A stretch of DNA of 64,000 bases from Dehalococcoidia bacterium (GTDB taxonomy: Bacteria; Chloroflexota; Dehalococcoidia; UBA2979), in assembly GCA_965198045.1 (NCBI GenBank), contig CBDAOL010000007.1, forward strand, positions 162,832 to 226,831. The letters run 5' to 3'. Positions 31,993 through 41,784 of the stretch are shown one piece after another. Within the stretch, counting starts at the first letter, position 1. Each line of letters starts with the position of its first letter. The notes under the pieces are model-generated. The model was not told where the DNA came from, made no database searches, and saw only the letters and a program-made list of their open reading frames with translations. Made by a program: the position numbers and the translations under genes.

Positions 31993-32928
31993 CTAGCTGA
32001 CGTGCAGCACGGCCTTGCCGCTGATCTGGCGGTCGAGCAAGCGCCCCGCGACCTCGGCGACATCGGTCCACGGCGCCTCGTGATCGATCTTCGGGACGAC
32101 TGACCCCTCGGCGACCATCTCGGCCAGCCGAGCGAGGCCCTCGGACGCCGGCTGCTCGCGGATCTCGCGGAAGAGGGTGAAGCGGTAGAACTGCGCAGCG
32201 CCCGCAGCGAGGTGCTCGCGCGCGTTGAACGCGAACTCGGCGCCGGAGGAAACGCCGTAGAGCACGCACATGCCACCCGGTGCGAGCACCGTGAGTGCCA
32301 TCGAAAGCGTGTCGCCCCCCACCCCTTCGAGCACGAGGTCGTACGGACCGTGAAGGGCTGCGGCCTCCCGGTCCGCGCCGACGACAATCTCCGCAGCGCC
32401 CGCTTCGCGCGCGTCCGCACCGCGCTCGGGTCGACGAACAACGCCCACGACATGCGCGCCCGCGTTGCGGGCGAGCTGGCATGCGAAGTGGCCGACGCCA
32501 CCATTCGCGCCGGTGATCAGAACGCGGCGTCCGAGGATCGAGCCGTTGCGGTCCAGCCCATACATCGCCGTCAGACCGGCCACCGGGAGCGTCGACGCCT
32601 GAGCGAACGAGACGGAGTCAGGCATTACGGCGAGCGCATCGGTCGGCACGGCCACAAGCTCCGCCCAGGCTCCGGAAGGCACGAAACCGACCACAGGATC
32701 GCCCGCGGCTGGACCGCTCGCATCCGAGGCAGGTGCCTCGACCGTGCCGGCGAGGTCCCAGCCTGGCCGCCAGCCGTCGGGGGCCATCTGCGTTCGCCGC
32801 GTCTCGCCCAGGTTTAGTGAGAAGGACGAGACGCGAATCAGGGCCTCGCTGGGCGTGCGTACTGGCTCGGAGGCATCGGCAATCACGAGGCGCCGCTTGG
32901 CGCTGGAATCGACTACCACACTGCGCAT
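31993..32928 (-). CDS. MDR-family NADPH quinone oxidoreductase-like dehydrogenase
   Basis: GWDLAGTV, LPVAGLTA, VLITGANGGVG, GKAVL. Confidence 0.93.
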   Translation of the reverse strand: MRSVVVDSSAKRRLVIADASEPVRTPSEALIRVSSFSLNLGETRRTQMAPDGWRPGWDLAGTVEAPASDASGPAAGDPVVGFVPSGAWAELVAVPTDALAVMPDSVSFAQASTLPVAGLTAMYGLDRNGSILGRRVLITGANGGVGHFACQLARNAGAHVVGVVRRPERGADAREAGAAEIVVGADREAAALHGPYDLVLEGVGGDTLSMALTVLAPGGMCVLYGVSSGAEFAFNAREHLAAGAAQFYRFTLFREIREQPASEGLARLAEMVAEGSVVPKIDHEAPWTDVAEVAGRLLDRQISGKAVLHVS

Positions 32929-32986
32929 GATGACCTCAGGGTGCTGACTTCGAGCATCGAAGCGCGCGCGCGCCGGCGGGCACCGG

Positions 32987-33323
32987 CTACGACGCGTGCT
33001 GCGCGACGATCGCTTCCGCCTCGTTCGTGACGGTGGGTAGCGCCGCCTGAAACGCCTCCTCATCGAGCGACGCCGCGACCGTCGCGTACCCCGCTCGCTC
33101 GATCATGGGCCTCAGGCGGCCCCGCTCGAAGCGTTCCAGCGCCCAGGCGAGCGGATCGCCTGCCGCGGTCACGTCCAGCATCAAGCGCTCGTTATTCTGC
33201 TCCGGCCCGTAGTGGTAATGGGGTGCGTTGGCGAAGCAGTCGAAGCGCAACAGTTCAGTGTCCCGCCCGTCCACTTCCGCATAAACCTGGATGCAGAGCC
33301 CCGCGTCGCCCGGGATGTCGTTT
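32987..33323 (-). pseudogene. hypothetical protein, 5' truncated at the IS remnant
   Basis: ELLRFDCFANAPHYHYGP motif; frame runs into the IS IR. Confidence 0.6.
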
Positions 33324-33329
33324 CGGTAG

Positions 33330-33600
33330 TGACCGGACCCCCTTTGCGAGACCACCGCTTATGAGAGTCCAGCGTGTTGCTGAGCCTCCCAGCGCTCGGC
33401 GTAGGTAGCCGGGGCGAGCCAGCCCAGGCTGCTGTGCGGGCGCTTCGTGTTGTACTCGATCCGCCAGTCCTCGATCAGCACCTGCGCCTCGAGCAGGCTG
33501 TCGAACTGCTCGACGGCCAGGAACTCGTCGCGCAGCCGGCCGTTGAACGACTCGACGAATGGGTTTTTCCACGGCGCACCGGGCTCGATGTAGCTGCTGC
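33330..33600 (-). mobile_element. partial copy (one end) of the IS3 element at 11491-12730
   Basis: Near-identical to 11491-11761. Confidence 0.95.
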
Positions 33601-33874
33601 ATAGCGCACTCGAGAGCGAGGGGTCTGCAAAGCCAGTGGCCTCCGTACCGTCGCCTTCCGCAAGTCGGTAGGAGCCGTCACTTGCGAGTTCAAGGATCGT
33701 CGAGCAGCCACCGTACGGACACAACCCCCCCGCGCCACTCGACGCTGACCATTGGGACAGCCGGAGTCGACTCTTCATCGGAGCAAGCCGCCAGCGCGAG
33801 CACGAGCAAGGTCAAGACGTACAGTACAGCCCTCATTCAGGTGGAACGAGTGGCAGGCCCCACAACCCCGGCCT

Positions 33875-33985
33875 CCTAGACCGATCCCCCCGGGTCTTAG
33901 CCCCGGGTTCAACATGGCTCAACGGGAGGGCCTGGCTTCCCCCGCTCCTGAGGCGGGGGGTGTTTGAAGGGATCCCCCCCGGTCT
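33875..33985. repeat. isolated unit of the three-box repeat
   Basis: GATCCCCCCGGG at 33883, TTCAACATGGCTCAACGGGA at 33908, hairpin CCCCCGC..GCGGGGG, GATCCCCCCCGG at 33971. Confidence 0.85.
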
Positions 33986-34217
33986 AGCGATCCGCTCGCG
34001 GGGTGCTCCAGCTGTGGCGCGATCGTCCTGCCGCTGACCCCGCTGGGTGATACTGCCGGGAGTAATGGTGCCTTATCGCTGACTCGAGACACGAGCCCGA
34101 CGATGCGCACCTGCGGTAGTCAAGGCTGGATGCCCTCGCTACGTGAAAGCGACCGATCCAGCCATTGGTTCGCAGTGGGCGGGTGTCCACTCCGCGGTGA
34201 AATGTGGAGCGCGAAGC

Positions 34218-34931
34218 ATGACTAGCGAGCGGCAGCGAAGAGCCGACGATCTCGGTCTGTTCCTCTTCGACATCGGGGGCACGGTCCTCGATGAAGGCGG
34301 CCTTGTCTTGAGCGCTTACGTGTCAGTGATCGAGAAAGCTGGTCTGAGAGCAGACCCCGAATGGTTCGGCACGCGCAGGGGTATGAACAAGACTGCAATG
34401 CTTCGCGAAGCCCTCGAGGCACAGGGCGGGGACCCGAGACGCGCACCGGAGCTCGCGGCTGAGTTCGCGGTCTTCATCGACCACGAGCTCGAGACGCACC
34501 CGGTTTCGGCGTTTCCGGGGTTCGATGCACTCGAGCGCGGCCTTACTGAGCACGATGTGCAAGTCGGGTTCATCACCGGCTTCGCAGGTCGGACTGCCCG
34601 TGCGATCGTCGACCGTATGGGCTGGCACGCAGATGCGATCGTCGGCTCCGACGAGGTGGCGGAGGGTCGTCCGGCACCGGACTTGATTTACGAGGCGATG
34701 CAGCGCACCGGTGTGAGCGATGCGCGGCGCGTCGGCGTCTGCGGTGACACTCCCTTCGACATCGACTCGGGCCGTGCCGCTGGCTGCGGTCTCGTCGTGG
34801 CGATCGGGCATGGCACGCACGACGCCGCGGAACTGGCGGTACACGAACCTGATCTCGTCGTCGCCGATTTCACCGAGCTCGCGAGGCGGCTCGGGCTCTC
34901 GGGGCCGACGGAGACACCCACTGACCGCTGA
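34218..34931 (+). CDS. HAD-superfamily phosphatase (phosphonatase-like)
   Basis: LFDIGGTV, ITG, GRPAPDLI, GDTPFDI. Confidence 0.9.
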   Translation: MTSERQRRADDLGLFLFDIGGTVLDEGGLVLSAYVSVIEKAGLRADPEWFGTRRGMNKTAMLREALEAQGGDPRRAPELAAEFAVFIDHELETHPVSAFPGFDALERGLTEHDVQVGFITGFAGRTARAIVDRMGWHADAIVGSDEVAEGRPAPDLIYEAMQRTGVSDARRVGVCGDTPFDIDSGRAAGCGLVVAIGHGTHDAAELAVHEPDLVVADFTELARRLGLSGPTETPTDR

Positions 34932-34934
34932 TCA

Positions 34935-35414
34935 CCCCCGCTGGAGGCGAGGCATCTCTCGGGGGGATCCCCCCGGGTTCAACATCTCCGGGCCCAGATC
35001 GGTACCGCGCTCCCAGCGCGGCCCTCTCAGGACGGATCCGCCCGGGTGTGGGTCCGAAGAGCTCAACATGGCTCAACGGGGAGGCGCTCTACACGCGCTG
35101 GGAGCGCGGGGTCTCTCCAACCGATCCCCCGGGGTCTTGGCCCCGGGGTTTAACATGGCTCAACGCGAGGGTCTTAGGCGCGGGGGCGTCCAGACGGATC
35201 CCCCGGGGTGTAGTCCGCTGGGACCCCGCGCTGGAGGCGCGGGCTACCCACGACCGATCCCCCCGGGGTCTTGGCCCGCGGTTCAGCATGGCTCAACGGG
35301 AAGCTTCTACCCGCGCTCCCAGCGCGGGACTCTCAGGACCGATCCCCCCGGGATCTTCGCCGCCGGTTCAACATCGCTCGACGGGAGGCCCTTTACCCGC
35401 CCCTGAGAGAGCGG
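34935..35414. repeat. degenerate tandem array of about 6 three-box units (60-88 bp period)
   Basis: Box A GATC(C)nGGG at 34966, 35035, 35123, 35197, 35256, 35341; box B TCAACATGGCTCAACG variants at 35062, 35149, 35282, 35367; GC hairpin CCGCGCTCCCAGCGCGG-type between them. Confidence 0.9.
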
Positions 35415-35499
35415 CGCGCCGAGGAAGTGCGCCTTGGTGCGAGCCGGGTCTCCGCGCGGCGCTTTGTTCGACGCTATCACGGTTGGCGCACTGACGTTG

Positions 35500-35774
35500 C
35501 CCTCGGCGCCCTCCGGCACGTGCACCGGCACAAGCGTGCGGAGGTGACGGACTACTGCCTCCTCGAAACCGGCACCCTTGGCGAAGATGAAGGTTAGAAA
35601 GTCGGTGCGAGGGTCGATCGTATCTGGGCCGTCGCGTTCGTAGCCCTTCGCCTCGCCGTGCCGCTCGAGCCAGTCAAGCAGCGGGTTGTCGAGCACATGG
35701 TTACGGGTGGTGGAGGCGGAGACCCAGGAGTCCCAATCCGAATCGTCGACAGGAGTGCGGAACTCGCCGTCCAA
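35500..35774 (-). pseudogene. N-terminal fragment resembling a TM0106/RecB-family nuclease
   Basis: WVSASTTRNHVLDNPLLDWL...FIFAKGAGFEEAVV. Confidence 0.5.
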
Positions 35775-35809
35775 AGTCTCGGTGAGTGCGGCGACGCCCT
35801 GGCGGCCCG

Positions 35810-36139
35810 CTACCTTTCTACTGCGGCGGTGGGACCGAGCAGCCCGGCGATCTTCAGGATCGTCTCGGAAGCTCTGAGGCGGACGGAGGGTGCGATCGTG
35901 TCATCCAGTGCGATCACGTAGAGTCGGCGAAGAGCGTCTGTCACGTCAACTCGGGCTTCGGCCAGCAGGGCACGTCCCTGTTCGACGATCCGCCGCTGCA
36001 CACCGCTGTGCCGTAGTAGACGCGACCCCTGTGAGTAGGCGGTACGCGGCGAGTAGCCAGCGTCGATAGCTGCCCGGGTGGCGTTGGGCGCGAGCGCATA
36101 CAGGTCCGCGAATCTTCGTTGTCGAGATGTGAGCGTCAT
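35810..36139 (-). CDS. phage terminase small subunit-like protein
   Basis: LTSRQRRFADLY...NATRAAIDAGYSPRTAYSQGSRLL is the Terminase_2 N-terminal signature. Confidence 0.88.
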   Translation of the reverse strand: MTLTSRQRRFADLYALAPNATRAAIDAGYSPRTAYSQGSRLLRHSGVQRRIVEQGRALLAEARVDVTDALRRLYVIALDDTIAPSVRLRASETILKIAGLLGPTAAVER

Positions 36140-36190
36140 CGGCCGAATCTTACGCCCACGGCCCTTCACTCTACTGGCCTTCGCGAGCGC

Positions 36191-36544
36191 CTAGCCCAGC
36201 ACCCGCCGCGTCTCGTCGAGCAGGTCATCGATCTCCACGCTCGACTCCTCGCGAATCACGCGGCGCAACACTGGAGTGATCCCGTCCAACGCGGTGGCGA
36301 GGCGCGAGAGCATCCCGCGCAGTTCCCGCATGCGCGCCGCCTCCTCTGCAGGCGTGACCAGGTCGTCGACGAGCGCGCCGTCGGAGCGCGACGCGACGAG
36401 CGGATCGCTGACGCCGCGCACCCAGACGTGGGTGCGTCGTCCCGGCCCGCGGTCCTCGGCGATCGGCTCGATCGCGGTGACCTCGTCGGACCGCACGTAC
36501 TTGCCGTAGCCGAGGCTCACCAGCTGACCAGTCTGAATACGCAT
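36191..36544 (-). CDS. hypothetical protein
   Basis: GAGG RBS; LVSLGYGKYVRSDEV; coding-like GC3. Confidence 0.7.
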   Translation of the reverse strand: MRIQTGQLVSLGYGKYVRSDEVTAIEPIAEDRGPGRRTHVWVRGVSDPLVASRSDGALVDDLVTPAEEAARMRELRGMLSRLATALDGITPVLRRVIREESSVEIDDLLDETRRVLG

Positions 36545-36585
36545 TGCGCCCTCACCTCATCGCTTTGTGATAGCATAGCATCATA

Positions 36586-36768
36586 ATGGAGCGAATGATG
36601 GTGACCCTCAGCGATGACGAGTACGAGACGCTCCGTCGGCTCGCATACGAACGACGAGTGTCGATGACGCGACTCGTACGCGACGCGATCGACGAGAAGT
36701 ACGGCACCAGCGGTGAGGAGATCGGACCACCCGGACGTCGCCCACAGACAGAAGCGGAGGCGACCTGA
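36586..36768 (+). CDS. ribbon-helix-helix (CopG-like) DNA-binding protein
   Basis: MERMMVTLSDDEYETLRRLAYERRVSMTRLVRDAID; TGATG coupling to the recombinase. Confidence 0.85.
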   Translation: MERMMVTLSDDEYETLRRLAYERRVSMTRLVRDAIDEKYGTSGEEIGPPGRRPQTEAEAT

Positions 36769-37675
36769 TGCGCTGCGTGATCTATTCGCGCGTCTCCACC
36801 GACGCGCAGGAGCGCGAAGGCACCTCCCTCGATACGCAAGAGGGTGCCTGCATCGAGTACGTCGGTAAGCAGGGTTGGACCGTGGTCGAGACGCTCCGCG
36901 ACACAGCGAGTGGGTTCAGCCTCGACCGCCCCGGTATGGAGCGGGTGCGCTCGCTGGCGGCCTTGGGGCGCATCGACGTGGTGCTTGCGCATGCCCTCGA
37001 CCGCCTCAGCCGCAAGCAGACACACGTCGCCATCCTCGTCGAGGAGATGGAGGACCGGGGCGTCGCTTTGGACTTCGTCACGGAGGACTTTGAGGACACG
37101 GCGGTGGGGCAGCTCGTTCGCTCCGTCAAGGCGTTCGCCGCCGAGTTCGAGCGAGAGAAAATCGTCGAGCGAACGATGCGCGGGAAGCGCGAGCGAGCGC
37201 GTTCGGGACGGCTGCCTCAAGGTACCGGGGCGGGGTTGTACGGGTACCGCTACGATCCGGCGACTGGGCGCCGCGAGTTCGACCCCGTGGAGGCTCCGGT
37301 GGTCCCCCGTATCTACGAGCGGTTCCTCGCGACAAGGAGCATCGCGCGGGTCTCGACAGAGCTGAACGAGGACGGGATCGCCACGAAGCAGGACGCTCGC
37401 TGGCACCAGCTCACCGTGCGCCGCGTCCTGCTGAACGAGTCATACACCGGACGCACTCGCCACTGCGTCAACGGCGACCCACCGATCGAGATCCCCGATG
37501 CAACGCCACGGTTGATCGATGACGACACCTGGAACCGTGCCCAGTTGATCCTGCAGGACAAGACCCGTCACGGCGCGCGGAGGTCCATACGCCACTACGC
37601 GCTGGCCCGGCGCGTCCGTTGCAGGCATTGCAGCTCGGCGATGCTGGGCCAGACCACGCGGAGCCGCGGCAAGTT
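36768..37675 (+). CDS. large serine recombinase, N-terminal part (catalytic + recombinase domains + start of Zn ribbon), truncated
   Basis: YSRVSTDAQ, DRPGM, DRLSR, AEFEREKIVER, YGYRYD, CRHCSSAM. Confidence 0.92.
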
Positions 37676-37764
37676 CGCGCAGCCCCTTCGACTCCGGACG
37701 GGCGTGGCAGCTGTGCAAGGACGGAGAGTGCCGATGCGATGGTGCTCACGTTCCGATTCTACGA

Positions 37765-39090
37765 TCAGGGCGTTTCGTAATCGCGGAAGCCGCGTGCGAA
37801 GACGAAGAGCGCCAGGGCGGTGCAGAAGCAGATCACGCCGAAGACGATCTGCGCGACCTGGACGCCTTGCCACGCCGCGAGCAGCCCGCCGGCTGCCGCT
37901 CCCGCCATGCTCATGGCGCGGTCGAGCGACATCAGGCTGACGACGCGGCCGCGCATCTCTTCGGGCGCTGCCGTCAGCAGCGTCGAGTTCGACAGCGACA
38001 TGTACGAGGTCTGCATCGCACCGGCTGCCATCACGAAGACGAACGGGAGGAGCAGGCCGGCCGGGTGAGGCAGGTAGGTGCTGAGCGAGAACAGCACGAG
38101 CACGATCCCCATGCCCATCGTTACGGCCGGCAGCCACAGGCCCGTCCGTCGAGGCATCACAGTGGCGATCAGCAGCGTCATCAGCAGGGCGCCAATGCCA
38201 CTGAAGCTGAGCAGCAGCCCGAAGCCCGTGCCACCGGTGTCGAGCACCGTCCGCGCGAACAGCGGCGCGAAGACCTGCATCCACGACTGGCCGAACGCGA
38301 AGTAGACGACCGAGAGCAGCAGCACGCCTCGGATCGCCGGTTGGCTGGCCGCGTAGCGCATGCCTTCGACGAGGCTTGCGCCCATCGCGCGGAACGTTCG
38401 CTCGCCCTCGCCGCCGCGTTCCGGTGTCTTGACCGAGAGCAGGGCGGTCGAGAGCACCGCGCCGGAGTAGATGACCGTGATGATCACGAAGGTCATGTCG
38501 ACCCCGACCCAGTCGAGAACGAACCCGGCGCTCGCCGCGCCGACGATGCGCATCGTGTTCTGCGTCGCGCTCATCAGCGCCACAGCGTTGGTGACCAAGT
38601 GCCGCGGCACGGACGCAGCGACCAGCGGTTGCCGTGCCGGCTGGTCGAAGGCCATGAAGAAGCCTCTGGCGAACGAGAACGCGTAGACGTGCCAGAGCTC
38701 GATGTTGCCGCTGAGCAGCAGCGCCGCGAAGAGGAAGTTCAGTGCCAGCACACCGCTCTTGGTCGCGAGCAGCACGCGTTTGCGGTCGAACCGGTCGGCG
38801 ATCACGCCGGCCCAGACGCCGAACAGCAGCATCGGCACGGTCCTCGTCGCCACGACGCCGCCGACGTGGGCGGCGCTGTCGTTGGTCAGTTCGAGGACCA
38901 GCCAGGGGGCGGCGATCTGCTCCATCCAGAGTGCGCCGGCGTGGCTCGCCTGGCCGAGCCAGAGCAGCCGGTAGTTGGGGAAGCGCAGCGAGGAGAACGT
39001 CGAGTAGCGGCCAGAAGGCGGCTGTTCGGTGTGCTCAGGGGCGTCCGAGTGGACATCGGGCGGACGCCGCGGGGGACTGGTCGTCGCCAC
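37765..39090 (-). CDS. MFS transporter
   Basis: AGVIADRFDRKR, FDQPARQ, EMRGRVVS. Confidence 0.93.
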   Translation of the reverse strand: MATTSPPRRPPDVHSDAPEHTEQPPSGRYSTFSSLRFPNYRLLWLGQASHAGALWMEQIAAPWLVLELTNDSAAHVGGVVATRTVPMLLFGVWAGVIADRFDRKRVLLATKSGVLALNFLFAALLLSGNIELWHVYAFSFARGFFMAFDQPARQPLVAASVPRHLVTNAVALMSATQNTMRIVGAASAGFVLDWVGVDMTFVIITVIYSGAVLSTALLSVKTPERGGEGERTFRAMGASLVEGMRYAASQPAIRGVLLLSVVYFAFGQSWMQVFAPLFARTVLDTGGTGFGLLLSFSGIGALLMTLLIATVMPRRTGLWLPAVTMGMGIVLVLFSLSTYLPHPAGLLLPFVFVMAAGAMQTSYMSLSNSTLLTAAPEEMRGRVVSLMSLDRAMSMAGAAAGGLLAAWQGVQVAQIVFGVICFCTALALFVFARGFRDYETP

Positions 39091-39190
39091 GCAGCTCCCC
39101 GCTCAGATTCGTCGCCTGCCGAGGCCCGATGTTATGTCTGAGCACTATCTCCGGCAAGCGAGGCCGCCTCGATGTCGTTGGCGAGGCTGC

Positions 39191-39409
39191 ATGAGTCGGA
39201 CCACGGCATTTTGGATAGGGATTGCGCTGCTCGCGGCGGTCCCCGTTGGTGGGGTGGTTGCCGCCCTCGCTCTGATCGCTAGTCAAACGTTGGGCGCACT
39301 CGCCTGGCTCGTAGCGAGCCTGGCCGCGCTCGTGTTGGCGGTTCGCCTGATTGCCCCTGGGCGTCCGGAACGCACACCCGTGGCAGCGAGCGCACGCCAT
39401 CCTGATTGA
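39191..39409 (+). CDS. small 2-TM membrane protein
   Basis: MSRTTAFWIGIALLAAVPVGG...; its 3' end overlaps the recombinase fragment. Confidence 0.5.
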   Translation: MSRTTAFWIGIALLAAVPVGGVVAALALIASQTLGALAWLVASLAALVLAVRLIAPGRPERTPVAASARHPD

Positions 39410-40114
39410 CCCGGACCGGCACGGCGCTCGTGCCGCCAAGCGGCATTACGCCCTCACGCGCCGCGTGCGCTGCGGGCACTGTCGTTCCGCGATGGTCGGT
39501 CAGACGACGCACAGCCGGGGTCGCGAGTACCAGTACTACCGCTGCCGCCACGTCTACACATCCACGACCGGCGGCTCATGCGAGGGCCGTTACGTTCGCG
39601 CCGACGGGCTTGAGGAGGGTGTCTGGGACGCGATCGAGGAGGTCGTATCCCGCCCTGAGATCGTGACGCGCGAACTAGCTCTCGCGGCGGAGCGCGAACG
39701 CGAAGAAGGCGGCTCGCAGTCGGACCTCGTCGCGGAGCTTGAAGATCTAACGGCTCGCGAGCGCCGTCTCGTCCGCCTGCTCGGTGGTGTCGACGACGAC
39801 GTTGTGCGGGACGAACTCCAGACGACCGCCGCCCGCCGTGCTCACGTGCAGGCGGAACTCGATCGAGGGGCTGTGCCTGCGCTCGCCGACCTCATGATCA
39901 GCGACCTCGACGAGGTTTCCGCGCTGGTCAAGAGTTGGCTCGCCGACGCCTCGGATGACGACCGTATGCTGCTCCTCGAGGCGCTCCAGATCGAGGCACG
40001 GCGACGCGCGATGAGGCGACCGTCCACGGCGTGATCCCGACCGGCATCGAACACGACCATGACGAGGTTGCGAGAGGCGAGCAGTCATGCCGATGTTTGT
40101 GCAGTGGGACTGAA
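39380..40114 (+). pseudogene. large serine recombinase C-terminal part (Zn ribbon, coiled coil), apparent 1-nt frameshift near 39997
   Basis: CGHCRSAM, YQYYRC, CEGRYVRADGLEEGVW, LLEALQI; continues as ATRDEATVHGVIP...EQSCRC across the att copy. Confidence 0.88.
40084..40114 (+). repeat. candidate attR: second copy of the dnaN 3' end GTCATGCCGATGTTTGTGCAGTGGGACTGAA
   Basis: Encodes VMPMFVQWD*, identical to the DnaN C-terminus. Confidence 0.88.
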
Positions 40115-40129
40115 CGCGACGGGATCGAA

Positions 40130-41392
40130 TTACTGCTCGATCTCCTGTTGTTCGTAGCGCGCCCGGGCCTCTTCCTCGTCGGACTGATCCGGATACGGCT
40201 CGAGTTCGATCTCCACCGAGTGGATGACCCCGGAGAACGGGAACGGCGCTTGATAGCTCGGCCCCACCGTCGAGGGGCGATCGAGCCCAACATCCGCCGG
40301 CGCGTTGCCGATGGCCCGGCGGATGCTCCGGGCCTCGATGGCCGCGCTCTCGTCATCGTCGATCACTAGCGAGAGCCGCCCCGGCGCTCCGACCTTCGTG
40401 CCCCGCAGCCGAGCGCCCACGGTGGTACGTCCGGGAAGCGGATCCGACGTGGTCACCGCGCCGCCGTACCGGCAGTGCAGGCGGTTGTCCTGCACCCAGA
40501 TCGCCAACCCGAAGCCTCGGCCGCGGGCGAGCAGGACACCCTCGTCGGCCTCGCTCTTCCGTTCGATGTCGGCCCGCACAGTCCATTGCGACGAACCCAT
40601 GGGCGCTGCGGCCTGCGACGGGATCTGCGAGATCGGCGGCAGGTAGCGGAACAGCCGCCCGGCCTGGATCGCGTCGGGGCGTTGAGCGGCCAGGTCATGC
40701 CGGGGCGCCACCGGGATCACACCGGTCGGCCCAAAGACGCGGCGGTCATCCATCGGCAGCACGCCGTTCCGGCCCGCTTCGACCCACCAGAGATCGATGA
40801 GCTCGCGCAGCAGCTCCGGCTTCTCCGCCGCGAGATCTCGGCTCTCGGCGAAGTCCTCGTCCAGGTGGTACAGCTCCCAGCGGTCGTCGGCGTAGGGTGC
40901 GCCGCGCACGTGATGCGTGACAGCCTTCCAGCCATCGCGCCAGATACCGCGGTCCCCGGCCAGCTCGAAGTATTGCTGTGGCTTCTGAGTCGGCGCGGCG
41001 CCGTCGTCAAGTGTGTACGCGAAGCTCGTACCGGTGATGGGCATCTGGTTGTAGCCGGCGTACGTGTCCGGCGCATCGATCTCCAGCAGCTCGAGCAGGG
41101 TCGGAGTCACGTCGCTGACGTGATGGAACTGCGGGCGGATCGCCCCCGGGTCACGCACCCGGCCGGGCCAGTGCACGATCAACGGGTCACGGATGCCGCC
41201 GCCGAACGTGTTCTGCTTGTACCACTTGAGCGGGGTGTTTCCGGCCTGCGACCAGCCCCACGGGATCGCCGGCACGCTCGTCGGTCCGCCGATCTCGTCC
41301 AGTCGTTCGAGGATGCGTTCGAGGCTCTGCCCCGCGAGAGAAGTGCCGCCTGGTCCGCCGCCGGGTGCCGACCCGTTGTCGGACATCAGCAG
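40130..41392 (-). pseudogene. arylsulfatase C-terminal part
   Basis: MSDNG, GNTPLKWYKQ, GGIRDPLIVHWP, WELYHLDEDFAE. Confidence 0.88.
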
Positions 41393-41651
41393 CACGCTTC
41401 GGAGCTGGGACCTCGTCGCTCGATACGTCATTCCACAGGTCAACGGGATGCTCGACGGTTACCGCGAATCCAACCAGTTCGTGATCGAGAATCGCGAGAC
41501 CTGGGTGCGTGCCGGCGAGGCGATCGCAAGCAAAATCCGCGAGAACGAACGCGCGCTCGCTGCGGTAGCCGAGGATGAGGCGGGCCGGCCCGTCCTCCGC
41601 AGCGGCCGGCGCCTGACACCTGGAGTTGGGGGTGAGCCGCAAGAGGATTGA
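41393..41651 (+). pseudogene. LLM flavin monooxygenase C-terminal fragment
   Basis: TLRSWDLVARYVIPQVNG. Confidence 0.65.
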
Positions 41652-41784
41652 CTGCGTCAGCCCGGTCACGCTGCCTGGTCACGCGCCCGACGTTCAGAGG
41701 CGCGGGCTCTCGCGCTTCATTCCGCACGAACTTGGCCCCGACCAAGCGGCAGCGTCATCTGCGGCTAGGCCGGAGATGACATGC

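Noticed and set aside
33359-33778. Novel transposase fusion protein
   Set aside because: Chance in-frame junction between an IS3 remnant and an unrelated fragment
34935-35414. CRISPR array
   Set aside because: Repeats are degenerate and multi-box, variable parts are only 10-16 nt, the period is irregular, and no cas genes are in the window
36768-37940. Complete 390-aa recombinase
   Set aside because: Homology ends near 37675; the tail is read-through antisense to the MFS gene
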